A DNA stretch of 63,068 nucleotides, the filler included. It is 11 parts of 11 records of this genome, joined end to end, with 100 filler letters (N's around TTAATTAATTAA, not from the genome) between each part and the next. Parts side by side here need not be neighbours in the genome. Positions count along the whole stretch, not along the records: positions 33,388 to 38,598 come from SRR15195285_806; positions 38,699 to 43,075 come from SRR15195285_811; positions 43,176 to 49,712 come from SRR15195285_812; 8 more parts are not named here. One strand, 5' to 3'. The translations under genes and the position numbers were made by a program. Shown piece by piece: positions 36,284 through 49,155 of the stretch (its first letter is position 1; each line of letters opens with the position of its first letter). The notes under the pieces were generated by a model. It did not search any database, had not been told where the DNA came from, and saw only the letters and a program-made list of their open reading frames with translations.

Positions 36284-38525
36284 TCAGTTGGAAGCAGGCG
36301 GGATCGGGAACTGGCCGTGCTTGTCTTGATGAACCGTCCAGCTGTCGATCACCGAAGAATCCTTGTTCGAGATTTGCTCCCACAGCAGATCAGTAGCGTT
36401 GAACGCGGTGAGGCGGGTGTACGAGTACGGGTCGGCGATACTGAACGCACACCCACAGCACAAAGCAGTTAGCAAGAGTACTAAGAGGGTGGGTAAACAA
36501 CCAGGTAGGCAGCAATCGATAGCGCGTGCTTACCAGTTCTTGTCGGTAGGCTCGCCCGCCGGGCACTTGGACGCCGATGGTGGCCCACCGTTGCCGGTGC
36601 AAACATGGATCACCGCCTCGGGATTGTTCAAACCGCCATCCACAGCTGAATCACCGACGACTGTACCGTTGTATATTGGACCATCAAAAGTCTCGTCTGT
36701 ACCCATGATGGCATTGCAAGCACACAAGTATGGTTCACTCTTGCATCAGCAGCGTTCTACAGGGAAGTGAAGAAACATGCTCGTAGCTTACAGAAGTGGA
36801 TGTGACCAGCCCAGTAGATATCTACGCCGTACTCCATGAAAATCGGTTCAAGCTCCCCACCAGTAATAGGCGCGCCCTGTTTGTCTTTGAGCAGCGGCGG
36901 CGGAGTCCAATCTTTCGGCTTGCAGTCCTTGGAATGGCCTTCGTACTCACATTGCTCAGCAGTGTACCAAGCCTCTTGGCTCAAGCGAGTTGCATCGGTG
37001 GGCGAAGTCGCCTCTCCCTTGTTGGTATTGCCTTTGAGGTGTTGCGCCAGGTACATTGGGAAGTGGCTCATGGCGATCACCCATGGAGTTTTAGAGCGAT
37101 CGACTGCGGCGAGGTCTTGCTTCAGCCACTCTTTTTGCTCTTCATTGCACTTAGTAGTGCAAAGGTCAACGCCATTGTAGCCATTTAGAGAAAGCCCGAC
37201 CAAGTGCGTCAGGCCGAAATCGACAGAGAAGTAGCGGCTGGATTTAGACGGCACTGCACCATGCACGCCAGGACCGTGGTGGTTGCCGGCGCTTAGCATC
37301 GCGCCAAGCGCAGAGGTTGCAGAGGTTGCGCCGCTCAGACCGTCCTCTCCCCACTCATGCTCCGTGGTGCTCTCGAGTGGACCCCACTCGTCCCACGCTG
37401 CGACGCGCGCACAAAAGTCAGCGCGCGGACAGCACAGCCCAAGAGGGGATCGTTCCACGCACTGCTGTCGAGATAGCGCGTGAGATTCGTGCCAGCATAG
37501 AACTCGTGGTTGCCCACCTGTAATACGAGTGCAGTGCAACCAAGCACAGTAAGATCGGAATCGTCGCCACGGGCTACGGTAACGCAAGGACAAAGCATAG
37601 AAAGAGCACACGGTAATCTGCTACTGACGATTGGCATCCAAGGGGCCTGGGCGACTGTCTGCTCGAACGCCTGCATGTAGGCATCGGCGCGCTTTTCATC
37701 GCTGTCTCCCTCATTATAGCAGTGGTCGCCAGCGTGGATGATAAGGTCGGAGGTCTGATTCACAATTACATCTTCGTAGAGATTTTGCATATTGTTCCAT
37801 GTGTAGACTCCCATGTCGCCGTAGAGCGCGATCTTGGTGACGCCATCACTGTACGGCGCGCGAAATGAGAACTCCTTCGATACCGTCGCGCCCACACCGC
37901 CACTCTGTACTGTGTAGGTGTACGTTGCCTTTGGTTTCATGTCTGAGACCTTGATGAAGTGCATGTAATACACGCGGCAGTCCATAGGAGTTGGCGGTTT
38001 GTTCTTGGCTCCTGGGATGCTGCCAGCGGTGCAGCCAACCGTCACGTGCTTGTGCGTCACGCCCTTGACCGTTGTCTTCTCCCCGTTGACAGACAGCTTG
38101 GCTACCGGCGGGTCCTTTGGCTCGTGGTCCTCGAAAGTTACGAAAGACAGGACGACGGAGGAGCCACTGGCGACCTGCACGTTCACCTGCTCGGGGATGC
38201 CCTTGCCGCTCGTGCACATCTGAAGTTGTCCGGAGGATTTCCCGACGCAGTACGCGGAGATCACGTGCGCCTGGGCGCCTGACCCCATGTCGGAACCCCA
38301 GGTCGCGTTCGGGTTGCCGAGGCCCTGCTGTGCGCACGAGCTCCCCGCGCCGGCCGGCGGCTTCCCTGCGACCCAGTACTGATCCATTTCCGGCACGTCC
38401 GACCAAGCCTTGCAGCCCTCCTCGGGCGGGACGAGATGCGGCGAGAGGACGTCGTACATATCGCCCTGCACGCCCCCCGCGCATAGCAGGAGCAGCGCAG
38501 CGCCACGCGGGATCAGCTTAGTCAT
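36284..38525 (-). CDS. Secreted purple acid phosphatase (ACP7-like), 5 exons
   Basis: Signal peptide; metal ligands GDMG, GDHCY, GNHE, SHFP, GHIH; four canonical introns. Confidence 0.9.
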
Positions 38526-38749
38526 CGCGAGCTGAGCTGTACTGTGCACTATACTACCCCTACACGTGGTGTAGCGAGACCTCCGCTCCGCTCCGCCGNN
38601 NNNNNNNNNNNNNNNNNNNNNNNNNNNNNNNNNNNNNNNNNNTTAATTAATTAANNNNNNNNNNNNNNNNNNNNNNNNNNNNNNNNNNNNNNNNNNNNTG
38701 CTGCTGCTGCTGCTGCTGCTGCTGCATGATTGTATGTGCGCGCATGTAG

Positions 38750-41395
38750 AGAGCTGGGAGCGGGCGACGCAGCGGCTGATCCGCAGCGGTGAGTGGCGCG
38801 TGCCGACACAGAGCGAGCTGGATGAGGCATCACAAGGGCTGATCGGCCAGCGGATCTGCATCAGAGGGTACGGAGTCGGTACCGTGAGGCAGTTTATTAA
38901 GAGCAGCGGCTGGGGCAAGCACAGCAGCCATGCGGTGGATATGGGTGCCGCCGCCGGTGTCGTCTCGATCAAGCTGCTACGCAAGCGCAACGGCGAGACG
39001 CCGTGGCTCAAATCGACCGGCAGAGGGGGTGAAAGACGCGGCGTTGGTGAGAGTACGACCGCTGGCTCGCATGCGCGGAACGTCGACGCCCAGGTGCGTA
39101 TGGCACAGCTGTTCATGCAGCGTGGCAACGATGGTGCGGCGCTCGAGGTTGTGCTCAAGGGGCTGCAGGTCAGCCCCACCGATCCCCACCTACTGCGGCT
39201 TAAGTCTACGCTTCAGCCAGCGCAGACGGCTCCGAGGGAGGGCCCGGGTTTCATCGACCAAAGCGTCCCTGCGTACGCCCGTCCAACCATGCCGTCAAGT
39301 GCCAGACCCGTGCCGTCTCAAGCTGGTTCACGGCGCAACCACGGCCCGGCGGCGGCTTCGTCTGCAACTTCTCTTGAGGCTACCGCTCCTCCTCCACCTT
39401 ACTCTGCACAGCCCACCTCAACGCCGCCTCCACCATACTCTCGAGCGCCTCACGATGCTCGTGCTTCTGTTCCGGCTCCAGCTCCAGCTTTCGGAATGCA
39501 GACCGGCGCCCCTCCGTTGACGAGTGCAGCACGGACAGCCACGGAGGTTGTTATCGAGATGGGGTTCAGCCGCAAGCTGGTGGAACGGGTCCAAACTGAG
39601 CGCTATGACTGTTGCGAAATGTTTTACAGCGATCCGATGGCGCTGGCATCATCTGTGCTGGCACGTGGAGAGCAGCCCGACGACGAGCCTGCTCCTGCAC
39701 CTGCTGCACCTGCGCCTGCACCCGCCCCGGCAGCGTATGCGACAGCCACGCGTGATTTTGCAGGTATGTCAGACGGACAACTCGCACTCCGTGTCGGAGA
39801 CGTTGTCAGGATTGTTTCTATTCCAACAGGTATGGATCGGCCCTGGTTCCCCGACTCGCCAGAAGTGGTGAAGTGGTGGAAGGTTGAACACACCACCGAA
39901 CAACACCGCGGGCGTGCCAGCGCAGGCTTCTGTCCAGCTGGTGTCCTCAGGGAGTTGACGCCTGCTACAGCCGCCTCCGAGGTTGCAGGTCCAGCAACAG
40001 ACCTCTCTTCTCAGCAGCCTCAGCGCCCACCGGGTACGCATTCGGCAGCATCGTTTGATCTGATTGACTTCTCGCCTCGGCCATCTGAGTCAGCGCCCCC
40101 CACTCGGCAGCCGTCATTCAACCTGATAAATTTCTCACCTCGGGCATCAGAGCCGGAACTGGAACCTCCTGTGGCACCTGCAGCAGCGGGTGCTACTGGT
40201 GCTAGGCACCGGATAGAAGCGTCAGTAGCCCATGGATGGTCTCGACCACCAGTGGCAGGTTCGCAACCCATCGTCGCTGAAATCACAAGGCAGTCAACTG
40301 GCTCAGGGGGCTTAGGCGCCGACGACTGGATGACAAGACGGCGCACAAAGATTGCATCACAGGATCACGAAGACGAGGACTGGGACTGGATTGCTGCGCG
40401 GAGAGCAAAAACTTCAGCAGCACGTGTGGACGATTCTGAAGATGACGATGGCGGTGAGGGATTGCTCGCGCGTACGTCGACTACTGAGATGCAGGCACTC
40501 TTTAGCGCAATGGACAGTGACAAGAGCGGGAAGGTCACCTTCAATAACGTCAAAGACCTGATGCGTGGGGCGGGAGAAGAGATGACTGAGGCTGATCTTA
40601 CAGAAATGTTCCAGTACGCTGATATAACAGGCGATGGCATGGTCAGCTATGAAGAGTTCGAGCGCGTCATCCATCTGCACGAAGCGGAGCACCAGACCAT
40701 GCGAGAGCTCTTCGATGCACTCGATGTTTCAGGGACAGGTGTACTCACCGCTGACGATCTCACCGCGTTCCTTACCATGAACGGTGCGTACACTAGCACC
40801 AAACAACCCTCAAGAAGGTACAGCAGCTTGTCGAAGCACTGAACTGTTCGTGTTGTGACTTGGCGACTGCAACCGTTCCTATCTCTTTGCCTGTCTGCCT
40901 TCGATTATGCGTTGTTCGCAAATGCCCGGCAGGAGAAACTCCCGAACTGGTCCCTGCTATGATCGCGGCAGCTGACACGCAGCAAAATGGAGTCGTCTCG
41001 TTCGAAGAATTCGTTCCAATGGTGCGCAGTCAGCTTGGTGCAGTAGCTCCAACAACTGGCTGGGGGCAGCAGTCGGAGGCGGATGTGCTTGCGCAAGTGC
41101 TCGAGAATTCTGCTACAAAGGCCAAGTACGAGGCACACCTGCTTTCCAGCTGCTCTGCTTTCGTTGCCACAGGCATCAGTGGTCCCTGGTTTTGATTGGC
41201 GTGTGGTTGTGTGCATACCTTCGCAGTCCAACGTTGCGGGCTCATCTGGAGGCACGGCTCGAAAGTTGTCGTGACCACCCCGATCGAGAACAGCAAGAAG
41301 CGGGGCGCGCACATATTGGGCAAGGTGCCATCGATGATGAGCTCACATCGCTGCAAACTGAAGTCGAGCAGCTGCGAACACAGCTCGGCGTCTAG
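38750..41395 (+). CDS. Multidomain protein (5' truncated): Pro-rich + UBA-like + SH3 + calmodulin-like EF-hands + coiled coil
   Basis: VIEMGFSRKLV; SH3 ATRDF..LALRVGDVV..WWKV..GFCP; EF loops DSDKSG, DITGDG, DVSGTG, DTQQNG; two 3' introns. Confidence 0.75.
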
Positions 41396-41568
41396 GAATG
41401 CTGCTGTACGGTGACAGTAGACGGGGCAATGTGTGTACATTTCATAGGCAACAGACCCCATTACACACCTGTAACTGCTACTACCCGACTCCTTGCGGAT
41501 TTGCGCTGGCGCTCATATGATTGGCCAGCAGGCGGCAGCAGCTGTACTCAATCTGCGCCGCTGCATTG

Positions 41569-43075
41569 TCATTTTGCGTTCAACTCTTTCTGGACCTGTT
41601 GAGTTAACAACGCAATTCGAGCGAGGCACCGGTCGCATTCTTCCTTGCCGTACTCTGCAATGCCGTCCGCTGACTTACACTCAGCGATGAAGTCTCGCAG
41701 CTGCTGCTGATTCGCAAAGCCATCACGCCTCGCCACTTCGTCCAGAACTGCACTGGCGCGCTCGCTTGGTGCCAGCTGAGACCACAGCGTGCGACGCTGT
41801 GCAGAACCGGCAGCCAGCGACTCTGGAAGAGACTGTTGGCGCTTTGTCTTGCTCTTCTTCTGTTTCACCTTCCCACTTGCTGCACTCGCTGTGCGTATGG
41901 TATACTCAACTTGCTGTATCTCTGCAATGGCGACCTGCTTTCCACCGTCGATGGTATCAGAAGCAATTTGGCGCTTAAGCTCCGACAATGTCACCCCACG
42001 CCTTTCGGCGACAACGAGCAGAGCTTGGTCGAGCGGTGCTACGGAAGTCTTCGCAGAAGCAACCGGTGCAGCAGCACCGCCATCCGCTGCGCTTCCGCGA
42101 CCATGAACAGGTAGAGCAGTAGCAGCAGCAGCAGCAGCTCCAGCACCAGCACCAGCAAGAGGGGCAGCAGCCGCGGCGGCGGCGGCGGGTGCTGCAAACA
42201 CACTGCTCTGCGAATTGTCATTGTCGCCAGGTGAGAGATGTTTTAGCTCGAACTCATCAAGTGCGGAGTTGCCAACCATCTGCCGCCGCGACGAGTCTGT
42301 ACTGGTATTGAGATGGACATGTACTGCGCCTTCTGCTACTAGGTTGTGTCGGTCGACCGCTTCGCCGGCACTATGGCCTTGCTCCATCAGCTGCGCGAGT
42401 TCCTTGAGCAACCGATGTTCATCCTTGTCACTAGATCCATCCGCGTCCTTTTTCATTCCATCCATGATATCCGGCGGAATTTTGAGAATATTCAGTTTCG
42501 CACGTGCATGCTCTCGATCCTCGATCTCTTTCGTGGTTACTTCATCTTTGGTCAAGCTGAACAAGTTTCTGATTCCGCCTAGCTCACCATCTTCGATCCA
42601 TCCGCCATTTGGACCCATTACACCTTGAAAGTACCGGCGTTCGCGCGAGTTCTTCAGCGTCGCATTGGCCATCTGCTGCTTGGCGACCTGCCGGTTGTAG
42701 ACCACCTCTTCAATTGTCCCCGACGTTATCAGACGATACACGCTCACATATCGTTGTTGGCCAATCCGAAAGGCACGGTCCTGCGCCTGCAGGTCGAAGC
42801 TTGGATTCCAGTTTGGGTCTGCATAGCGGGACAGCTAGTCAGCAGACGGCTCGGAGGTCAGCAGGGGGTGTTGCGATGTACGCACCGAAAATGATGACTT
42901 TGTCAGCCGCAGCAAGATTCAGCCCCAGGCCACCCGCATGGGTCGAGACCAACATAAGGAACTGCGATGGGTCGTTATTGAAGTTTCCGCACATCTGTCC
43001 ACGCATCTTCTGAGGTGTGGTTCCATCCAGCCGACTGAAAATGTAGCCTTCAACCTCTACCATTGTTTCGATGAT
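41569..43075 (-). CDS. ERCC6L2: SNF2-family helicase, ERCC6L2-like, 3' part
   Basis: RLDGTT, STHAGGLGLNL, F|DPNWNPSFDLQAQDRAFRIGQ, YRLITSGTIEE, and the subfamily-like RYFQGV..GELGGIRNLF. Confidence 0.8.
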
Positions 43076-43435
43076 NNNNNNNNNNNNNNNNNNNNNNNNN
43101 NNNNNNNNNNNNNNNNNNNTTAATTAATTAANNNNNNNNNNNNNNNNNNNNNNNNNNNNNNNNNNNNNNNNNNNNTCGACTCCTTGGCGCGATCAGAGAC
43201 CTGAGTTGGAAATTGCATTGGAATTCTGCCGATTTTCTGAACTCTGCATTTTCTGATACACTCGGGCATGGATCCTGATTGCACAAGGACTTTCCCTTGC
43301 GAGTGTCTCGAAAATGCACGGTTCGGCGGACCGTAACTCGCGCGCGCCGCCGGCCGCCGCCTGTTCGGGCCGCGCGGCGGGCGCCGCGCCGGCGCGCCCC
43401 GCGTGTATAATCCATGACGTGCAGCTTCAAGCTGC

Positions 43436-44615
43436 ATGCTGCTGCGCGTGGGTGTCGCCGCGGCGGCACATCTCCTCGCGACGATAATTGAGGATGCCGT
43501 CGCGCTCAGCGCACCTGCTGGCAGTCGCGGCCGCTGTGGTGACCGGCTGCAGCGCAGCGGGTCAGCTACCCAGGTCCGACCCACCAATAATTTCACTCCA
43601 ACAGCATCATTGTGTATATCCGTCTAAGTGCGACGTTCGCTGATCGCTTACAGTACCAGCTCTGGCAGCACTACAACGCTGGTGGAGCTGACTGCAGTCA
43701 ACTTCGACCAGCTGGTGACCAACGGGAGCACCTGGTTTGTGATGCTATACTCGCCGAGTTGTGGGCACTGCAAGCGATTGGCACCGACGCTAGAGCAGTT
43801 GGCTCGTGACTACGTGCGTGAAACTCAGCATGAATCGCGATGCTCAGCGCCACGGTCTGCCAACATGCATGTACGGCTGACACGGTGCCTTGCAGGCTGG
43901 CCACCCCGTTATCGCGATAGGGAAAGCTGATTGCACCGAGGAGGCAGCACTCGCCATTCGGTTTCGCGTCAATTCATTCCCCAAGCTGCTGCTGATTGAA
44001 GGAGGTCGATTTCCAACCTTTCGTACCTACACTGGGGGACGAAGCGAGCAAGACCTAAAGGATTATGTCGAAGGCGATTATGTCGAAACGACAGGGCTGC
44101 AGTGGTCGGACCTGAGCAATCCTATGGGTCCATGGGTGACGTGGGTGTTGTTGCTAAACCCAGTACGGGTGCTGCTCGGCTTGCTGCCGTTCGAAGTTGG
44201 GCTAATCGGCAATGGGCTGCTCTTAGTGAGCTTGATGGCTGCTTACGTGGCTATACCATGCGTCACCTTCGGTGCGATGCTCTTCTTGCTGTTTGGGATC
44301 AATCCGCTCGCAGGCGAGGACGGCGATGAGGAGTTTATATTGGATGATGCAGAGCTCGAACGTGAGGAGCAACGGCTGAGGGCGGCAACAGAGGCAGCCG
44401 CACGAAGGGCGAAGCTGTCCCAGGGTGAGCTGAACGAGTTGCGAAAGCGTGCAGCCGAGGAGGGCTTGCATGAAGAGAGCTTGGAAGCAGCGATTAGCGC
44501 GCTTGCCAACGGTGGAATTCAAACGCCTCCGCCGGTACAAACGCAACAGCAAGCAAAGACAGGGAAGAAGAAAATATCGGTTAGAGCGCGAGCTGGCGAC
44601 AAGAAACGCGTTTGA
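43436..44615 (+). CDS. Thioredoxin-related transmembrane protein (TMX/PDI-like), 3 exons
   Basis: ELTAVNFD..WFVMLYSPSCGHCKRLAP, IGKADCT..FRVNSFPKL, hydrophobic C-terminal helices; exon 1 boundary uncertain. Confidence 0.82.
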
Positions 44616-44836
44616 CTGATGGATAATCATTGTTTTATGCAGGCTCGCGCTCGCCGGAATGACTTGGCCCCGCGGGCCTATGCGCGCCCGCCAGGTCTGA
44701 ACAAATGTCGCGCATGGGGCGTGGCAACAATGGACGGCGCGAAAAACTCGAACCCACACTTTATACTTCTTAGGCTTACGGTCGGCGTTTGCTAGCCACA
44801 GACTCAGACAGGACGGACCTCGGAGCCTCGCGGCGT

Positions 44837-45480
44837 CTATCTGTGGGTTTGTTCAAGTTCTATCAACCAAAAGCACACGCAGCCAACCACTAGCACGATA
44901 GAGCAGGCCACAAGCTTTGGTCGGACCTCAACAAAGTCACTCGTGAACAAGCTAGCCGCCTGCGCCCCATTATCTAGATCTAGAAATGCTTTGCAAGCGA
45001 ATGCCTCCGCCGTTGTGCCGTCCAGAAACGACGCAGATAGATACGCCACTTCAGCATGCTTTTAAAGTCATGGCTGAATTCCCAATAGAACTCGCCACGC
45101 CGATCAGACAAACAGTAAGCCAGGAGCCTGGAGGAGGGGGTGGGAATAGCGGCAACGCACAGATCATCGTCCCAAATCCACCGAGTCTAATTGCAACAAC
45201 TGCGCTTCGGTTCACTTCATCAATGATTTTCCCGAGCACGAGGAAGGCTAGAGCCCAAGCGCTGCCGTTGATGACAAGAACAAAGCCAATGCTATCAAAG
45301 CCCAGAGATGGAACGATCACCGACCACGTGAAGTCGGCTGCTAAAACGCCAGACATCAACCCTGAGCTCACGACGAGTGGCAACACCATCAACATCCGTC
45401 GTTCCTTGACGATGTAGATGGATGCAGTCGGAAGCAGAAGACCTGGTGCAACAAGATGGACTTTACCACTGAAACAGAAA
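44837..45480 (-). pseudogene. Truncated, frameshifted UNC-93-like MFS remnant
   Basis: RMLMVLPLVVSSGLMSGVLAADFT..PSLGFDSIG resembles the UNC-93 C-terminal half. Stop and frame switch at about 45050 with no room for an intron; no N-terminal half before the GH2 stop. Confidence 0.55.
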
Positions 45481-45867
45481 GCAAGGTACATCAACGAAGC
45501 TGCAGCTGGCAGCCGGTCATTCAAATAGGGTCCCACATAGACAGAGCGGTAACAAAGGAAAATTGGAAAGAAATGCAAGAACGAGAGGAGCGCGTAGCCA
45601 TTGGAGAAGACGTAATGCAAAAAGTGGTCGAAGCAAAGTATCTAGGACAAATCATGACGGCGGATGGGACAACTATGCCTGGGTTGCAAAACCACAGAGT
45701 TTACTTCTCTCAATGAGTTCATTGGGCTTATGCACCATTGCTCGGCAGGCTTGATCTAGCCACGCAGTATCGAGGTCTTGCGGTGGCACGTGGCAGTGCA
45801 GGTGTGGATGCTGGATGGCCAAGCAACGATTGAAGAACGGTGCTCTTTGCCAGGGAGGGACAGGCGG

Positions 45868-48800
45868 TCACGCGAGGGTATCTGCCAAGCCGACACTCGC
45901 CGCTGCCACCGCAAGCACTTCATCCTTTGGGTCCACGCTGAGTGGAACTGTGAACGACCCCATCGTCAAGCCCGAGGCGCTCGCAGTCACTTCGATGGTC
46001 TTCGGAGCAGAGGATGCGTCGCCCTGGAGCACGGTAGATGAACGAGACGCCGCCCCTTTGCCAGCGTCAGGGTTGACAGAAGCGCGAAGAGCGCGCTCGG
46101 CGGGTGTGCCCGCCGCATCTACAGTGACTCGGACAATCGCCCGGGTGAGACCGTGGTAGCTCGACCTCCAAGCCACCTACATGAATGTACGGCAACCGCG
46201 CTCGTGAGGCTGCATCGATGCACCGGCAATGAAGATCGGGCGGACCTGGCTTGGCTCCTGGCAGGCAGGATCGCCGTTGCCGACGCCAGCGATGAAGCCT
46301 GGGCCCGACTTGATGGTGAAAGTTACGTTGTCGGTGGCGTCGAGCACTGGATTTCCATTAGCGTCGACGACTGTCGCACGGAGCAGCGCTACATCCATCC
46401 CATCCATATACTGCAAGCAGTCGCAACCAATCAGCAGAGTTCATGCTGCGCACTGAAACAGATCGCCAAATTGATGATCACGAAGTCGCGTACCACCGCT
46501 GTGCCGGTGCCTGTACTTGGAGACGGCACGTCCATGGTGAGGTTGATCGCAGTAGCGTCCCCCCAGCTGCTCACAGAGTGTATTGCAAGCACTGTGCTGC
46601 CGTCTGAGTCCAGTGCGTTGGCAGTCAGCTTGCCCGGTGCAAACTGCACTTGAAAAGTAGGCATTCCTTCTCCGAAGCTACCTCCTGGCTGAGGTTGCCC
46701 AACAGCCACACCGTTCAGCTCTAGGGAAACTGTCGTATTGCACACCGAAACAGTACACGATGTGAGAAAGAAGAGAAACCACTAGCTTGGGCGAGGAGAT
46801 AAGCAATTGGGTGACGCAAACGTCCTCTCACCCAGTGGAGCGTTGGTGTAGACGTGGATCGTCCGGGTGGAAGACTCTGGATCTTTCGAAGCCTCCCAAT
46901 TCTCGACTATGCGGACAGTGTTGCCTGTGTTGCTCAAGGGAGGCCGTCCGGCGTCAGCTTCCGAAACGTTGGATAGCCACTGCGCGACAGCGAGATAGCA
47001 ATACACACGCACGCACAAAGAAACAAATGTCATAGTGCAGCGCAAGAGTTCAGAAAACGGAATAGGGCGGCTGAAACGGCGTATTATTGTGACATTGCCT
47101 CTAATTGCTCCCAGATGCGCTGTTGAAAATACAAGAGCGCTTGCCTTGGAGCGGTAGAACCATGCTGGCGGTTTAGGGAAGCCAGCGAGATCGATCGCGC
47201 CAAAGGAGCTTGAGACGTGTGGCCACTGTCCCGGCTCTCCCATATAATCGTGCAGCGCTGAAACGCCAGTCACATGACATTAGGACTTCAGTTCAATCAG
47301 CTCCAGCAAGAACAGCAAGCACTAGACAGCAGCAATTAACTCGTAGGTAGATGGGTATGTCCGTCTACTCACTCCAGACGAACGTGCCCGCCACATACTC
47401 TGGATCATCAGACGTGCTTGTCTGCTTCTCAAGGCAGCCAGCGACTTCCGAAGTGTAGTGCACTCTTGTCTTGTTGTGTGGCTGGTCTGCGTCTTCACCA
47501 CGCTGGTTCTGGCACGAGCAGCACTCCGTCATTGCCAAGGGTTTGTCTGGCTCCATCTCATGGAAAGCTTGCACACTTGAGGAGCTGGCATGCGACATTC
47601 CCATCACGTCCAGTGCATCGCTCATGGGCGTGCGTGGCGCGACGGGACTGATCCAGCCCATATTTGCGCCGACATTACGGCTACCGTCGTTGCTGTACGA
47701 TGCCTCTTTGGCTCTCTCAACCAAGTCTCCGGCCAGTAGTGTGCCGTTGCCACATCCGGCCTCGTTGCAAAGCGAGTACCATGCAACTGAAGGGTGGTTA
47801 CGGTCGCGTTTGGCCAAGCTGCCCATATCCGCTGCCGGGTCACCGTCGTAAGCAGGGACGTTTTTGCAGCCAGAGCCCTGGCAGTTGACATCGGTCGCAA
47901 GCACACGATTTTCATCAAGCACAAGAACACCCAATCTGTCGGTGAGCTCCAGCAGTACTGGTTCAGGTGGGTTGTGACTGGTACGCCACGCGTTCATCCC
48001 CACGCCGCGCATCTGTTGGACGCGCAGGAGGTCTACGCGGTCCGGTAGCGCCGCACCGACCCCGGTGAAGGATTCGTGATTGCATGCCCCACGCATCTTG
48101 ACACGCTGCTCGTTCACCTTGAGACCTTGCTCGGCATCCCATGCTAGATTGCGCACCCCAACACTCTGTGTGGTGCTATCGAAGATTGCCCCACCAATCG
48201 CCACGTCAACACGCAATAGATACATGTACGGCCTTGCCACGCTCCAAAGCTGAGTGTTGTTCAAGTGCAGCACTGTCGACTTCACTACGGTGCTAGGCGT
48301 CTCCTCTTCCATAGAGTCCTCTTGCCCTGAATCGTTAGCAGTGGCGATAAGCTTGCCCTCAGTATCGATGATCGTGAACTGCACGGAAGCTTTCTCAGCG
48401 TGCGCTCCTACCACAGTTACGGTTGGGCTCATGACGACCGTAGCCGCCTGCAATCCATCGCTGCTCTTCGGTCCGTTGGGCGTGATGGTGCCGTCCACAA
48501 AAGAAGGGCTAGATATTCCGAACGGTGCAACAGCCGCAGCACTGGAGGTGACTACAAGGCGCGCAGAGCGAATAAGGCCGGAGCCTTCGTACCACCAGCC
48601 CGTCGTAAGACCACCATCAACGTAGCACGCCAAAATATTCTCGGCCCCGGCTTTTACGTCGAGCTCCAAAATGGTTGGAAGGTACCCGACTGGGTTCTGT
48701 ACAAGCAGCTGCTTGCCATTGAAGTACCATGTCGTGGTTGAGAGCGCCGCGTCGACCACGAGCGTGACAGCTTCAGTTTTCCACGATTCAGGCGCGACGA

Positions 48801-49155
48801 TCGTTTTGCGGTACCAACTGCGGGCCAGCGGCAAAAAACCCTCACCGCCATTCTCAGAGCTGGCGTAGCCGCCCGTAACTGAGGCATCGTGAGGAATGTC
48901 AATCACCGTCCAGGAGGAGTCGTCGAAGTCGGCCTGTGCCTGTTTTGCATCCACCGCAGGCGCAGTGGAATTCACTGCTGGGCCATGAGCGTCCCCTCCA
49001 TGTGCTGGACCGTCAGGGTCTGGGGAAAAGCGCCAGCCGAAGTTGATTGAGACTGTGTCGCGAGTTGATGGCTTTTGAGCGGCTGTCGCCGAAGCGCCGG
49101 CGAGCGATGCGACCAAGACAGCAGTGCATGCGTGTAGAAGCGAGATCGGCGGCAT
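45868..49155 (-). CDS. Secreted GH2 beta-galactosidase, 6 exons
   Basis: INFGWRF, GWWYEGSGLIR, WSVARP, GACNHE, MGMNAWRTSHNP-type motif, RDRNHPSV..CNE (acid/base), TECC (nucleophile), GVGNGDP. Confidence 0.93.
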
